Virus record (IMG/VR): IMGVR_UViG_3300044627_003100 | Direction: 5' to 3' (one strand) | Source: an uncultured virus (IMG/VR IMGVR_UViG_3300044627_003100) | Lineage: Duplodnaviria; Heunggongvirae; Uroviricota; Caudoviricetes | Length of the DNA stretch: 64,000 nt | Part shown: one piece after another, positions 10,577-21,258 of the stretch | Layout of the letters: every line of letters begins with the position of its first letter | Numbering within the stretch: position 1 is the stretch's first letter | Translations under genes and position numbers: made by a program | The notes under the pieces: model-generated | The model's database searches: none | Told to the model about the DNA's origin: nothing | The model's input: the letters and a program-made list of their open reading frames with translations, nothing else

Positions 10577-11851
10577 TTAACGTTTAAATATATTTGTAGG
10601 TCTAGCTATTTTTCGTGTTCTTGCTTCTGGTTCTTCTTCTTGGTAGGATGAAGCATTTTTACGACTTTGTTCTGTTTTTAGCTGACGCACTGTTTGTTCA
10701 ACTTGTTGATTCTTACCCTGTTTTTTTAATTCAGAACGATAGTCATCAGGGCTAGATAGTAACCAAAGAGCTTCTGCAATCAATGAGTAGTTTGGTTCTA
10801 CAAACTGATATTTCTCTAAAAGATGTCCTAATAAGTTAGTAGGACGTCCACTTATAGAAGGATATTGAGGCTGAACAAGACCACTGTATAATTGAGCTTG
10901 TGTCTTTTTGTCTAGCTTCAGTCCGTTGATTTCAGCTGGTCTCAAAGCTTCAAATACATTCTGCATGTAAGCTTGAGCAGCTTGCTCTTGTTGTTGTTTT
11001 TTACCTTCCTGTTCTGCAAGTTGAGATTGAACAATCTGTTCTTGCATTTGATCCAGTTTAGGTTTAAACTGTTTAGCTTTCTTTTCTAATACACCAAGAT
11101 CTTTCCAAGTGGTAATTTCTTCTTCAATTTCTTCCTCATTACCAAAACCAGTGGCTTGTAAATATGATTTAACAATACCTTCTTGGTCATTCTCGTCAGT
11201 GGGATTTAAAGATCTCACTTGTTCAACTTGAGCTAGAGCTTGGAACAATCCTTTAAGATCTTGTCCTCCATCCATCACATATTTAGCAGCATATTGAAGT
11301 TCATCTGGTAAAGACTCAAAAAACTCTTTTGGAGTTTTAGCAGCAACTTCTTGCTTAAGGTTTTCTACATTAGCTTGCCAGAGTTCTTCTACGTCTTTTT
11401 CTCCAAGACCAACTAAATAATCATCAAGACTTTGCTTACTTTCATCATAATCATCAAAGGCAAACATCTCTTTAGACTCTATACGTTTCTTTAGAAACTC
11501 AACAAGTCCTGATTTTTCAGTTTTAGGACGACCTGGTTTTGATTTCTTATCATCAAAATCTTCATCATCTTTATTTAACTCATCAAAGATGTTTTCAGTG
11601 GATGTTCCACGTGGAACAGTGTCTTTAGATTTATCAGGAGTGTCACCACCTTCTAAATCATCAGCTGGTTCATCATCAATAAAACTAAGATCTACATCTT
11701 TTTTACTAAAAATACTTGGTTTTGCTTCTGGTTTTTTTGCATCGGTTGATGTAGCTGTCACAATGCTTTCTGCACCAGGAGCACCTAACCAGCTATCAAT
11801 ATCAACATCTACTTGTTGCACATTAGTCTGTACATTTGATTGGGTATCCAT
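10577..11851 (-). CDS. Acidic coiled-coil protein between portal and MCP (scaffold-like)
   Basis: 424 aa, D/E-rich N-terminus; conserved crAss-like position. Confidence 0.6.
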   Translation of the reverse strand: MDTQSNVQTNVQQVDVDIDSWLGAPGAESIVTATSTDAKKPEAKPSIFSKKDVDLSFIDDEPADDLEGGDTPDKSKDTVPRGTSTENIFDELNKDDEDFDDKKSKPGRPKTEKSGLVEFLKKRIESKEMFAFDDYDESKQSLDDYLVGLGEKDVEELWQANVENLKQEVAAKTPKEFFESLPDELQYAAKYVMDGGQDLKGLFQALAQVEQVRSLNPTDENDQEGIVKSYLQATGFGNEEEIEEEITTWKDLGVLEKKAKQFKPKLDQMQEQIVQSQLAEQEGKKQQQEQAAQAYMQNVFEALRPAEINGLKLDKKTQAQLYSGLVQPQYPSISGRPTNLLGHLLEKYQFVEPNYSLIAEALWLLSSPDDYRSELKKQGKNQQVEQTVRQLKTEQSRKNASSYQEEEPEARTRKIARPTNIFKR

Positions 11852-11967
11852 AACTTATTTGGTTTTTTATGGGGAGTTCTTCTACATTAAAAATATACGA
11901 TTTTAAACTCTTAAAATTTAAAATGTATTATAAAAAAATAGCTGAAGTAAGGATAATAGAGCTATAA

Positions 11968-14721
11968 TTATTTACCTGTCTTTTTACTAGATGATTTTAC
12001 ATCATATTTGTTCTTGTTTTCTCTAGCAATTTGTAATTGCTTGTCAGCTATTTCTTTTTGAGCCTGCAACTTTTCTCTATCTAATTGTAGTTTTTGTTGA
12101 TTAGTGCTTGTTTTATTTACTTCTTGCTCACGTTTAAAGTTCATTTGCTCTTGATAATTCTCCTGCTTTCTAATCCCTTCTAAAGCATCTTGATAGTCAG
12201 ACTGCTTATTTTCATTTATATCTACAGCTGAACCATATCCTGCAGCCCGTATTTCAGCCACTGTGATGTCTTTCTGTATCATTTTGTCATCACGATCGGC
12301 CTGAGCTTGAAGATCCATTTGTTTTTGTTTTTCCTGACTAGCCATAAGTTCTTGCTGCATTTGCTGCTGAATTTGCTGCTCTTGTTGTTTTTGAGCAAGC
12401 ATTTTTTCTTCAGCAGCTTTAAGAACACCTGTGAGTTCAGCTATAGATTCAGATTTAATAACATTTCCAAGATCGTATATAGAAGCTCCGGTGGTATTAT
12501 TATTAATAGCTAGTTGTTTAAGCTGCTCCATTACAGCACGGGAATTAGTTTTAGTAGTGCAGAATATATTAAGATCTCTAAGAAGAAGGTCTGTACCGTT
12601 CATCTCAAAGTTCATTTTCTCATCCTTAGACGTGATGTATGTTAGTCTTACACTAGGTTTAGTGGAATGATAATACTGAGCCAGGTCAGTTCTCATCTGA
12701 TGAACTCTAGGCATTAGATTATCACTATGCTGTATAAAGTATTGTTCTGTTTGAGCATAGCTAGCATTCATAGCTTGTTCTACGGCCGTAGCTGTTTGTT
12801 GTTGAGCTATTTGAGCTCCCATACGTTGAGGATTCAAACCAATCACTTCAAATGCTTGATTTTTAAAATATGTAGCAAGTTGAATACGAGATAGTAAACG
12901 ATTTGTTTGCTCAAGATTTAACACTTGATAATGCTGAAAATTTAATGCATTCTCAGTGTTAGTGATGGAAGTGTCTAAGGGCAACATCTGAAAATTCTTC
13001 ATAGCTACATAAGCCTTAGCTAAATTGTTCTTTCCCCAATCTTCACCCATAGAATGACGTGGTAGAGAATTTTGATCCAATAGAATAACTGTTCCAAGCT
13101 CATCTACTAATATATCAGCTATTTGGTTGTTTACAATATTAAAGCTAATTTGGTAGGGTTTCATAAGATCTACCATAGATGTACTACGGGAGTTTCTGTC
13201 TCCAAATACTGCTCCTTCTACAGGAAGCTTACAACCATATAATGTATTATCACCTTTAAACTGAAATGGAATACGTCCTGGTTTACCTCCATTAAGTCCT
13301 AAATAGATAGGATTTATACCTCCTGGATTATTTTGACCCCAGAAAGCTGGTCTATTGGGTCCAATCTTAATGCCTCCCCATGTTTCATTAATCCAAATCC
13401 AATCTATATGCTCACCAAATATTAAGTTATCTTTAGACTTTTGTTTATATAAAGCTGTGTTATACAATGGTTTATCTGTAACCTTGTATTTTTCACTAAT
13501 TATTTCTTGTATAATTTCACCTTCTTCTGTGATTTTAGTAAGATGACCTAGTTTACGTTGAGACTTCCAATAAATAGTGGAAACTCTAAGCATATGAGAT
13601 TTACCAAAATCCACTACATCTTCAGAATCTGAAAGAATCCATTCTACAATATCACCTGTACCAAATTGATTATCATGTATAGACATATGTTGTCTATAAG
13701 CAAGAGAAGGCATTTGTGTATTCCAGTCATGAGATTTTGTAGCGTCATAATAACTTCCATCATTTTGATAACCTGGTATCATATAACCTGAAGAACGGAC
13801 AGGATAAACTGATTCTAAAGACTCTAATTGTTCTTGAGTCATCATCCAACCATACTTATCAATAACGTCTGGTAAAGATAGGAGATCCATCTTACCTACC
13901 CAGTTTCCCTGGGAAATGTAACGTACATCAGGAGATTTATGATAGAATGTTAATAACGGATTCCAAAGTTCTAGCTCATAGTCATCTTCCATCATTCTAA
14001 AATGCCAAAACTCACGATCTGTAATAAGCATGTCACGGAATGCACGTTCTTCAAGTTCTTGCATTTTAAACCTTTCTTCGTCTACACTCATTTGATGAGA
14101 AGCCCACTCCTCAATCATTGATCTATAGTCTTTACGAAAGAATGATTCTATCTCAGGAAGTTGTTTTAAATTATCAGGAGCTGTTGCTTTTTGCATTTCT
14201 TCACTATCTAACTCCACTCCCATATTGAGCATTTGCATCATCATCTTACGTTCAGCATCCTGTAAAAGGACGTTTTCAAGCATAGCTCTTTTTTCTTCTA
14301 ACATCTCGTTATAAGAAATATCATCTACGGCTTTAAACATAATACGAGAAGAACGCTTAGAAAACTCGTTACATAGAACATTTACTACGTTGGGAATAAT
14401 AGGATAGAATTTGAGTTCTAAAGCTGATTCATCCTCTTTAGTTAGAGTGTCTATTAGATCAGCCATCTCATTATCTTCTTCTATAATATAGTCTGTTTTG
14501 TCAATTAGCCCTTTAGAAAGCTTGTAGTTTTTCATTAATCTACGAGCATTACGTCTAAGTTGCTTCATTCCTTGGAACTCTAGCCAGTCAAGATTGTGAG
14601 ACCTCCATTCATCATCTTTCTCTTTTTCTGGCAAAAACTGAATTGGCTGGGTAAGTGTACCCATCTTCTTATGTTCAGCTTTTTTACCAGCTTTTAGATC
14701 TAGAGCATTATATAACTGCAT
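11968..14721 (-). CDS. Portal protein
   Basis: 917 aa; FYPIIPNVVNVLCNEFSKR, SMVDLMKPYQI, Q-rich C-terminal coiled coil; next to TerL. Confidence 0.85.
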   Translation of the reverse strand: MQLYNALDLKAGKKAEHKKMGTLTQPIQFLPEKEKDDEWRSHNLDWLEFQGMKQLRRNARRLMKNYKLSKGLIDKTDYIIEEDNEMADLIDTLTKEDESALELKFYPIIPNVVNVLCNEFSKRSSRIMFKAVDDISYNEMLEEKRAMLENVLLQDAERKMMMQMLNMGVELDSEEMQKATAPDNLKQLPEIESFFRKDYRSMIEEWASHQMSVDEERFKMQELEERAFRDMLITDREFWHFRMMEDDYELELWNPLLTFYHKSPDVRYISQGNWVGKMDLLSLPDVIDKYGWMMTQEQLESLESVYPVRSSGYMIPGYQNDGSYYDATKSHDWNTQMPSLAYRQHMSIHDNQFGTGDIVEWILSDSEDVVDFGKSHMLRVSTIYWKSQRKLGHLTKITEEGEIIQEIISEKYKVTDKPLYNTALYKQKSKDNLIFGEHIDWIWINETWGGIKIGPNRPAFWGQNNPGGINPIYLGLNGGKPGRIPFQFKGDNTLYGCKLPVEGAVFGDRNSRSTSMVDLMKPYQISFNIVNNQIADILVDELGTVILLDQNSLPRHSMGEDWGKNNLAKAYVAMKNFQMLPLDTSITNTENALNFQHYQVLNLEQTNRLLSRIQLATYFKNQAFEVIGLNPQRMGAQIAQQQTATAVEQAMNASYAQTEQYFIQHSDNLMPRVHQMRTDLAQYYHSTKPSVRLTYITSKDEKMNFEMNGTDLLLRDLNIFCTTKTNSRAVMEQLKQLAINNNTTGASIYDLGNVIKSESIAELTGVLKAAEEKMLAQKQQEQQIQQQMQQELMASQEKQKQMDLQAQADRDDKMIQKDITVAEIRAAGYGSAVDINENKQSDYQDALEGIRKQENYQEQMNFKREQEVNKTSTNQQKLQLDREKLQAQKEIADKQLQIARENKNKYDVKSSSKKTGK

Positions 14722-14726
14722 GATTA

Positions 14727-15062
14727 TTAATTATTTAGATCAACTGTAAGAAACGTATTAGTGACAGAAGTTCCTAGATTTGGATTACTAACAGTAGTGC
14801 AAGTTCCTGTACTATCATAAGTATAAATAACTGGTGTTGTACCACTACCAATATTAGTATATGGATTAGGAGTGTTAATTATTGGATTGTTCCAACCAGG
14901 ATAGTATTTAACCGGAGATTCTGCAACAGCTTCTTCTTCTTCTTTCTCTTCTTCTAGATCTTCTTCTTTTAAAAGCAAAAGTGCCTCTTCTAACGTGAGA
15001 GAACTATCTTTTATTAATCTACTTAGAATAGCAACTTTATCTTGATACAGTGAGTTTTCCAT
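14727..15062 (-). CDS. Hypothetical protein
   Basis: 111-aa ORF coupled to the TerL stop. Confidence 0.55.
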   Translation of the reverse strand: MENSLYQDKVAILSRLIKDSSLTLEEALLLLKEEDLEEEKEEEEAVAESPVKYYPGWNNPIINTPNPYTNIGSGTTPVIYTYDSTGTCTTVSNPNLGTSVTNTFLTVDLNN

Positions 15063-17263
15063 TATTTTAAGTTTTTAAAGGGTGAACGAGCTATTTTCAT
15101 ACCATTAGAAGCTCTTCCAGAAGAACCCATGTGTCTGAAAGGTCCCCAATTTAATTTACTAAATTTTTGTGAGTTATCCAATTTTTTATTCCCATACTCT
15201 AAACGCTTAGCAAGACCTCTGTTAGATTGTTGCACCTTTGCAAATGCTATAAGTGCACAAAAAGAAACAAGTCTATCCACGTTTACACCATCTCTGTATG
15301 CTTGCATTTCTTTTAACAACATGATGTCTGGAATACGTTCAACACCATATATTGTTTTAACTATTTCTCCATCAGGCTTAGTTTCATGATCTAGTTCCTC
15401 TCTTAAAAATTCAATTCCATAAGATAGAATTGTGCCCTTAAAAAGTGTACCTACGTTTTTCCAACCATACTCTTGAAAGACATTTCTGTTGGCACCTATA
15501 TCTTTTAAGAACAAAATCATGTCTTTAGGAACTAAATAACGCTGTTTCTTTTTAGAAATCATGTATTGTATGAACAGAGCTACGTTATTTTCCACTATAG
15601 TCCATGCATTATACCATTCTATAAGAAGTTCTAAACGTTCATGTGTTTTATTAATATCATCAAATCTTCCACACCAAGAAGCAACTATACCATCTCTTTC
15701 TATACTGTTCTTCACCTTACCATCTCCGTCATCTCTAATTATTTCTACAGGGTTTTTATAAATATATATAGCACAAAGAGAATCTGAGGTTGTTGTCTTA
15801 CCCTCTCCCACTGGATCTACAGAAGCATAATATGTTCCAAACTGGGGATCTTTCATAGGACGCTCATATACACATATCACTCCCTCTTTGTTTTCTAGTT
15901 TTTTAGAAATTGGAAATTCCATAATAGGAATCTTTCTAGAGGGTTTATCTACAATCTTTCCTTCAGCATCACGAGAAAGTTCCAGATATTCCACTGAATA
16001 CTCTCTATCTTGAATACGTTGCATTTGTTTTGAAACCAAATGTGGGGGAAATACACTTATTTTTCTTGTAGCAAAAGCCTCTTCTATATTACGAGGACTT
16101 TGAGAAAGTTCCAGCTGATATGCTTCAGGCTTTAGTTCACTCTTAGCTTTTTCAAATCTTTTCTCTAAAGCTTCTAAAGCTTCTTTCACCATAGAGTTAC
16201 CAAACTCATCTATGTACGGAGGCATGCTCCACTGTTCAGGAATAAAAAGACCAGTGATACCTATTGTACCATCTTTATCTATTAGATTGGATTTTACACC
16301 ATAAAAACCATTCTCTTCAGGATGAAGAACATATTCTTTTAAAGGTTCACATTGATCAAGATCACCCACAGATCCTGCAGCAATAAATTGACCAGTGATT
16401 ATTTCACCAGATTTTAAAGCTGGTTTAATAAATCCATATGTATCATCCATTTTAGGAGCAATACCTGCTTCTTCATGAAAGAAATAAGTTACGGGACCAC
16501 CTACACCATTTGTTGGATCTTTCTCAAAAGAATAACCATTTATAGTTGATTTAAGACCTTTATAAGTATCTCGGCCGTTAACCCTCACTTTAATTTTTTG
16601 CTCCCAAGCAAATACCTTGTCAGGTTCTGCTGGTCTATACCAAGCAGTGTGTTCATTAATAAAGTTTCTATATTCATTTAGAAACTTCCAAGAACCTTTT
16701 TCATTAATATAATCTTTTAGAGAAGATCCTATTTTACAAATGGAACCTGATTCAAAAACCCATTGATTAATCAGCTTAGCCATGTGAAAATAAGAAGAAG
16801 CAATTTGACGTTTTTTAAGAATAATAGCATGCTTGTAATTAAGCTCTCCTAATAATTCATAAAGAGCCATGTGATATTGAGCATCTCTCACCTTTGCAAA
16901 ATCAAACTTTTTTTCTTCCTTATCATATATGGGAAGAAAGTTAAGCCACATATAGTAGTCACGACTGATATACCATTCACTATTATCATTTTTGACAATA
17001 ATGCCTGATTTACACTTTATTTTCTGGTCATCCCAGTAAATTCTAAAGTCTTTGGATTTAAATGGAGCAGCACAATAAAAACCTTGTTTTCTAAACTTAC
17101 GTCCTTCTGAATTAAATACTAAAGAACTTTCATCAAAATTATATTCACCAGGTTCTTTAAATATAGAAAATATATAATCTGCAAAGTCTTTTCTTGTAAA
17201 AAAAGATGTTGTAGTCCATTGATTATTTTCATATGTAGGAACTTCTATAAACATTTTATTCAT
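15062..17263 (-). CDS. terL: Terminase large subunit
   Basis: ILKKRQIASS (Walker A variant), FFHEEAG (Walker B), YYASVDP nuclease motif, IVENN, NVDR. Confidence 0.9.
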   Translation of the reverse strand: MNKMFIEVPTYENNQWTTTSFFTRKDFADYIFSIFKEPGEYNFDESSLVFNSEGRKFRKQGFYCAAPFKSKDFRIYWDDQKIKCKSGIIVKNDNSEWYISRDYYMWLNFLPIYDKEEKKFDFAKVRDAQYHMALYELLGELNYKHAIILKKRQIASSYFHMAKLINQWVFESGSICKIGSSLKDYINEKGSWKFLNEYRNFINEHTAWYRPAEPDKVFAWEQKIKVRVNGRDTYKGLKSTINGYSFEKDPTNGVGGPVTYFFHEEAGIAPKMDDTYGFIKPALKSGEIITGQFIAAGSVGDLDQCEPLKEYVLHPEENGFYGVKSNLIDKDGTIGITGLFIPEQWSMPPYIDEFGNSMVKEALEALEKRFEKAKSELKPEAYQLELSQSPRNIEEAFATRKISVFPPHLVSKQMQRIQDREYSVEYLELSRDAEGKIVDKPSRKIPIMEFPISKKLENKEGVICVYERPMKDPQFGTYYASVDPVGEGKTTTSDSLCAIYIYKNPVEIIRDDGDGKVKNSIERDGIVASWCGRFDDINKTHERLELLIEWYNAWTIVENNVALFIQYMISKKKQRYLVPKDMILFLKDIGANRNVFQEYGWKNVGTLFKGTILSYGIEFLREELDHETKPDGEIVKTIYGVERIPDIMLLKEMQAYRDGVNVDRLVSFCALIAFAKVQQSNRGLAKRLEYGNKKLDNSQKFSKLNWGPFRHMGSSGRASNGMKIARSPFKNLK

Positions 17264-17286
17264 CCAACCCTATTGGGTTTTTTAAG

Positions 17287-17379
17287 CTGTAAGGGGACGA
17301 TTTGAACGTCCAAGCTTTTATTATTAGTAAAAGCACCACCGAGACAAGGTGGCGTGTCTACCAGTTTCACCACCTTACA
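17287..17379 (-). tRNA. Atypical class II (long variable arm) tRNA with GTC (Asp) anticodon
   Basis: TGTAAGG/CCTTACA acceptor, G73, D arm GTG-AAACTGGTAGA-CAC, CCACC-TTGTCTC-GGTGG, 7-bp variable stem, GGACG-TTCAAAT-CGTCC. Confidence 0.8.
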
Positions 17380-17382
17380 TTG

Positions 17383-17898
17383 TTATTCTTGATCATAACT
17401 TAAACGTTGCCCACCTCTCACTTGGCTTTGTTGTTCCTCTTCCAGATCGCGTAGTGTGCCTTTAAAGCTCTGACGTATTGCTTCAAACTTTGCTGCGGCA
17501 TTAACAAGTGCTGTAATGTTACCGTCTCTACCATGTTCAATTTCTGTGGTCTCCATGTATTTAGCAAACCTATCAAGCATGCTTTTAATACCAGCATATG
17601 CTCTGTACGTTGGTGTTTCGTAGAGCTTTTTACACATTTCAAAAGCATTAAGAATAAGATCTTCTTCAGGCGAAAAGTCAGCTTCAACTTGTTGTAAAAT
17701 GAGTTCTTCTTTTTCTGATTCTGGTACATCAAAAAATGGATTTACGTCCGGACTAGGACATGTCATGTAAAATAAATAGGAATAAATTTTTAAATAATCA
17801 TCTGGATATTCATCCATTATATTTTTTAAAAACTTTAATGTGTAACAGTGTTCTGTTGGAATCACCCTACTATTCTGTATGTCAAATAATTTAACCAT
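17383..17898 (-). CDS. Conserved protein upstream of TerL (possible small terminase); start refined to ATG 17898
   Basis: MVKLFDIQ...; ends VRGGQRLSYDQE; position. Confidence 0.55.
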   Translation of the reverse strand: MVKLFDIQNSRVIPTEHCYTLKFLKNIMDEYPDDYLKIYSYLFYMTCPSPDVNPFFDVPESEKEELILQQVEADFSPEEDLILNAFEMCKKLYETPTYRAYAGIKSMLDRFAKYMETTEIEHGRDGNITALVNAAAKFEAIRQSFKGTLRDLEEEQQSQVRGGQRLSYDQE

Positions 17899-17908
17899 TT
17901 GTTTTTCT

Positions 17909-18163
17909 TTAGAGACACTCCACGTCTTGTTTTGTAACCTGAATACCTTCGGGGTTAAGCTTCTCTCCGGCCGTAGGATTACCATAAACTACTAAATCAT
18001 TTTGGTCCACTGTACGAAGTATGCCTGTTTTATAAAACTTCACTATAAACTGTGGATTAGAATGTATGCTTCCAGCAATCATAAATAATGCCACACCATA
18101 TCCGTGCTTTTTTTCATATACATCAAATGGATTGACTATTTCGTGTATTGTCTGAACTATCAT
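17909..18163 (-). CDS. Hypothetical protein
   Basis: 84-aa coupled ORF. Confidence 0.6.
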   Translation of the reverse strand: MIVQTIHEIVNPFDVYEKKHGYGVALFMIAGSIHSNPQFIVKFYKTGILRTVDQNDLVVYGNPTAGEKLNPEGIQVTKQDVECL

Positions 18164-18993
18164 TAGACTTTTTTTAGTTTATGTCTATTATCTTGTAACC
18201 AGTGAATAAGAGAAATCACTTCTTTTTTTAAATAGGGAATATCATATTGCACTATATCTTTTACAATAGGATCTCCATTAGAATCTAAAGCTGTAATAGG
18301 ATTTCCGTATTTATCTTTACCCACTTCTTCAAATAAAACGTGGTGTATTGTCATACCACCAAATACAAGACGGGGGTTGTGTTTTAAAATCATAAACATG
18401 TACATACTAAGCTGTAATGCATAATGATTTAAATGACAGTCATCTAAATGTGAAACAGGAGCAAACATCTTTTGAGAAACTCCTTCCCAATTAGTATAAC
18501 CTTCTAGCTTAATTTCTTTGTTTGTTTTATAATCAGTTACATACACCTCATTATTAATCACTTCAACCTTATCTGACTGACCACATATTCCAGCTGATTT
18601 TAAATAGACAAAATGTTCTGGATAAATACCGTTGGCAAGCTTTTGGTTAGGAGAATACTTGACACCTTCTTTTTCAATAGGGTTTATAACAGGTAGTTCT
18701 ACACCGTGAACTTCTATTGTTTTTAATTCAGAAAGATCTTTCTCTCTACAATTATGATACCATGTACCTAGTGATGTAGCTCTGTTAGCTTCGTTTTTCC
18801 AAGCTTCTTTAATTTGATCTGGTGTAAGTCCATACCATTTGGATTTTTTACTCCTTGAAGATTTTAAAGCAATAGCATCTGCATCAAAAGGTTGCTTAAA
18901 ATTAGAAATAAAAGAAGTGACACTTAACCAAGAAATATCATCAGGTTCTAAACTATAATATTTGTGGTTTTCAGGAATAAATTTTACTACCAT
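18163..18993 (-). CDS. PD-(D/E)XK family nuclease
   Basis: SVTSFI, GTWYH, ICGQSD, DYKTNK, YALQLSMY motifs. Confidence 0.8.
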   Translation of the reverse strand: MVVKFIPENHKYYSLEPDDISWLSVTSFISNFKQPFDADAIALKSSRSKKSKWYGLTPDQIKEAWKNEANRATSLGTWYHNCREKDLSELKTIEVHGVELPVINPIEKEGVKYSPNQKLANGIYPEHFVYLKSAGICGQSDKVEVINNEVYVTDYKTNKEIKLEGYTNWEGVSQKMFAPVSHLDDCHLNHYALQLSMYMFMILKHNPRLVFGGMTIHHVLFEEVGKDKYGNPITALDSNGDPIVKDIVQYDIPYLKKEVISLIHWLQDNRHKLKKV

Positions 18994-18998
18994 AATAT

Positions 18999-19331
18999 TT
19001 AATTAAGACCTAGCTTTTGATTTAATAAATCCTCTTCTTCTTGTGTCATCTCAGATTTCCAATGTCCCATTGGACATTCAGAACTAAGAGATCTTATTTT
19101 AAACTTTAGTGAACATCCACATCCTCCCATTTTTTCATTGCAGCAAGGAGTGGTTCCAGGAACTAAACAACCATCATCATTTTCTGTATAAAGATCACAA
19201 AAAAGACAAATCTTCATTCTTTCTTCAGCAATATGTTCAACATCTTCACGTTTAAATATGCTATTTGTCACTCCCTCAAGTATCTGCCCTTTAGCTTTCC
19301 AAATTCTGATTATGTTTTCTCGTAGACTCAT
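18999..19331 (-). CDS. Cys-rich Zn-binding protein
   Basis: RMKICLFC...GCGCSLKFKIRSLSSECPMGHW. Confidence 0.65.
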   Translation of the reverse strand: MSLRENIIRIWKAKGQILEGVTNSIFKREDVEHIAEERMKICLFCDLYTENDDGCLVPGTTPCCNEKMGGCGCSLKFKIRSLSSECPMGHWKSEMTQEEEDLLNQKLGLN

Positions 19332-19695
19332 ATGTTGTACGTTTATGCATTTTTACAAAATCTGCTCTTTGTTGTTCCACATCTAACATTGTTTTCATGT
19401 TCTTAAGATCGTATAAATTTTCTGCTGTTTTATAACGAGCTGTTATTTGTTGCATACCTTTTAATCTATTCTTTTCTTCAAATCTCTCAAGCATTTGAAT
19501 CTTATCATCTAGCTTCCAATGCTTAATAACAAAATCTCCTAAATTAGTTAGGTGCACTCTTGTATGTGTAAGTGCACTTAAGTTTTTTCTAACTTCTACC
19601 CAGTGGTAGGAAATAACATCTTCTACAGTTTTTACAGGTAGATTTAGTTCATTTGCTACATCTGGTATAAACTCTTTAGCCTTCTTTGGTCGCAA
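19291..19695 (-). CDS. HU/IHF-like DNA-binding protein
   Basis: VANELNLPVKTVEDVI...RVHLTNLGDF HU-like pattern. Confidence 0.6.
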   Translation of the reverse strand: MRPKKAKEFIPDVANELNLPVKTVEDVISYHWVEVRKNLSALTHTRVHLTNLGDFVIKHWKLDDKIQMLERFEEKNRLKGMQQITARYKTAENLYDLKNMKTMLDVEQQRADFVKMHKRTTYESTRKHNQNLES

Positions 19696-20047
19696 CAGAC
19701 AAGAATTTAAAATCTAATAATATATTACCCTGGGCCATCATTTTTAGATCGGGATGAATGTATATTTTCTTTTTATTCTTTCCTTCTTTCTTAATAAGGT
19801 TTTTCTTTTCTGCTTTTGTAAGACAGTTTCTTACACTTTGTGTACTAGAAAAAATCTTTTTTTCGTAAGCTTTAAAGCAAAAACTTGTCAGCTCCTGTTC
19901 TCCTTCAAGAGCCAGAAATGTTAAACAATCTAAATCAGCATCACTCACTTGTATATTATACAAATAGCAATAAGTGATTAGTTGGTATTTTACAGATTGC
20001 CAAGTGGTGAGTTTCATTCTCTTTTCCACTTGATTAAATAGTGCCAT
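19676..20047 (-). CDS. Putative winged-HTH protein
   Basis: STQSVRNCLTKAEKKNLIKK. Confidence 0.5.
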   Translation of the reverse strand: MALFNQVEKRMKLTTWQSVKYQLITYCYLYNIQVSDADLDCLTFLALEGEQELTSFCFKAYEKKIFSSTQSVRNCLTKAEKKNLIKKEGKNKKKIYIHPDLKMMAQGNILLDFKFLSVATKEG

Positions 20048-20484
20048 TATACAGACAATTTAAAACTCATATAATCTTCTCCTGTGCCGTTCCAGTTTTT
20101 ATGCAGAACAACTGGGGAAGCTCCCAGGTTTTCAAAAATGTGCCAAGAAGCACCTTTTCTAGCTTCCCCTATTAAATGTTCAAACTTCATTTCTTTACAC
20201 CAATCTAAAACGGTGGTGATCATTTCATAACCAAGTCCTTTTCCTCTATGAGCTGGTAGAACAGTGAAACTGTCTATATTAACAACATTATCACTTTGCC
20301 AAGTTAATACACTTTCAGCTACTAATTCCTTACCTAGTTTTAACCACACTCCCTGACATTTGTCATTTTGTGTTAACATATAAAACTTGTATTTAAAATC
20401 CCACCTAAGCTCCAAAGGATGTTCTTTTTCAAAAACCATCGCTTCCTTATAATCACGTAGTTTATAAAGAACAGTTGTTTTCAT
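20047..20484 (-). CDS. GNAT acetyltransferase
   Basis: Motif A FTVLPAHRGKGLG; FENLG. Confidence 0.8.
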   Translation of the reverse strand: MKTTVLYKLRDYKEAMVFEKEHPLELRWDFKYKFYMLTQNDKCQGVWLKLGKELVAESVLTWQSDNVVNIDSFTVLPAHRGKGLGYEMITTVLDWCKEMKFEHLIGEARKGASWHIFENLGASPVVLHKNWNGTGEDYMSFKLSV

Positions 20485-20487
20485 ACG

Positions 20488-20748
20488 CTATTTAACTTTT
20501 TTTAAAGAACGTGGAGCAGATGGCTCTTGGTTTTCATTCTCTTCTTTTTCATCACCTTCTTCCTCCGGGGAATTAGTCATTTGTCCAATAAAGGCAATAG
20601 CTCTAAATTCTTCAGCTCTAGAAACAGCCAGTTCTGTATTAAGCTTCTGAAGTTCTAATTGTACCTTCTTCACCTCAATTTGTTCTTGTAGAAATGTAAT
20701 CACTTCTTCCTTGCTAGGAATGTTTTGTTTTTCTTGTTCTGTGCTCAT
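20488..20748 (-). CDS. Hypothetical coiled-coil protein (start refined)
   Basis: MSTEQEKQ...; A-rich upstream context. Confidence 0.55.
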   Translation of the reverse strand: MSTEQEKQNIPSKEEVITFLQEQIEVKKVQLELQKLNTELAVSRAEEFRAIAFIGQMTNSPEEEGDEKEENENQEPSAPRSLKKVK

Positions 20749-20764
20749 AAAATAAATGTTTGGT

Positions 20765-21070
20765 TTATAATTCAAAATCATTACTTCCACAATCTGAAGA
20801 ATCAGATGATGGGGAAGCTTGATAATATTCTTTAAAAATTTTAGAAAATTCTACAAAGGGAGTGTCAATAATATAACTATCTCCTCCTTCTATAAAAATA
20901 GTGGTGCAGTTGTAAGTGAAGCTTTCTTCATCATCTGAAGCCAGCTTACATGCTAAGACTATTTCTAATAAAAACATATAGGGCATCCATTTACCTCCGT
21001 CTTCTTGTTCTAGCAGTCTAGCACTATCTGCATCTATACTACGGCAATGAATGTTACAATGATGTACCAT
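20765..21070 (-). CDS. Hypothetical protein
   Basis: 101-aa ORF downstream of a promoter-like motif. Confidence 0.55.
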   Translation of the reverse strand: MVHHCNIHCRSIDADSARLLEQEDGGKWMPYMFLLEIVLACKLASDDEESFTYNCTTIFIEGGDSYIIDTPFVEFSKIFKEYYQASPSSDSSDCGSNDFEL

Positions 21071-21181
21071 AATTAGTGTTTGTTTACATTAATAATATAC
21101 TAAATAAGTTTAAACCCTCCAAATTTAGTTTTAACTTCTGTAAGTATATATGTAAATTATTAACACATGTGTATAAGCTAG

Positions 21182-21252
21182 TTTCTCCTTTTGGAATTGA
21201 ACCAAAACTAACAGAGCCAAAATCTGTTGTACTACCGTTATACTAAGAAGAA
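21182..21252 (-). tRNA. tRNA-Gln(TTG)
   Basis: TTCTTCT/AGGAGAA acceptor; ACAGA-TTTTGGC-TCTGT; TTTGG-TTCAATT-CCAAA. Confidence 0.85.
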
Positions 21253-21258
21253 CTATAG

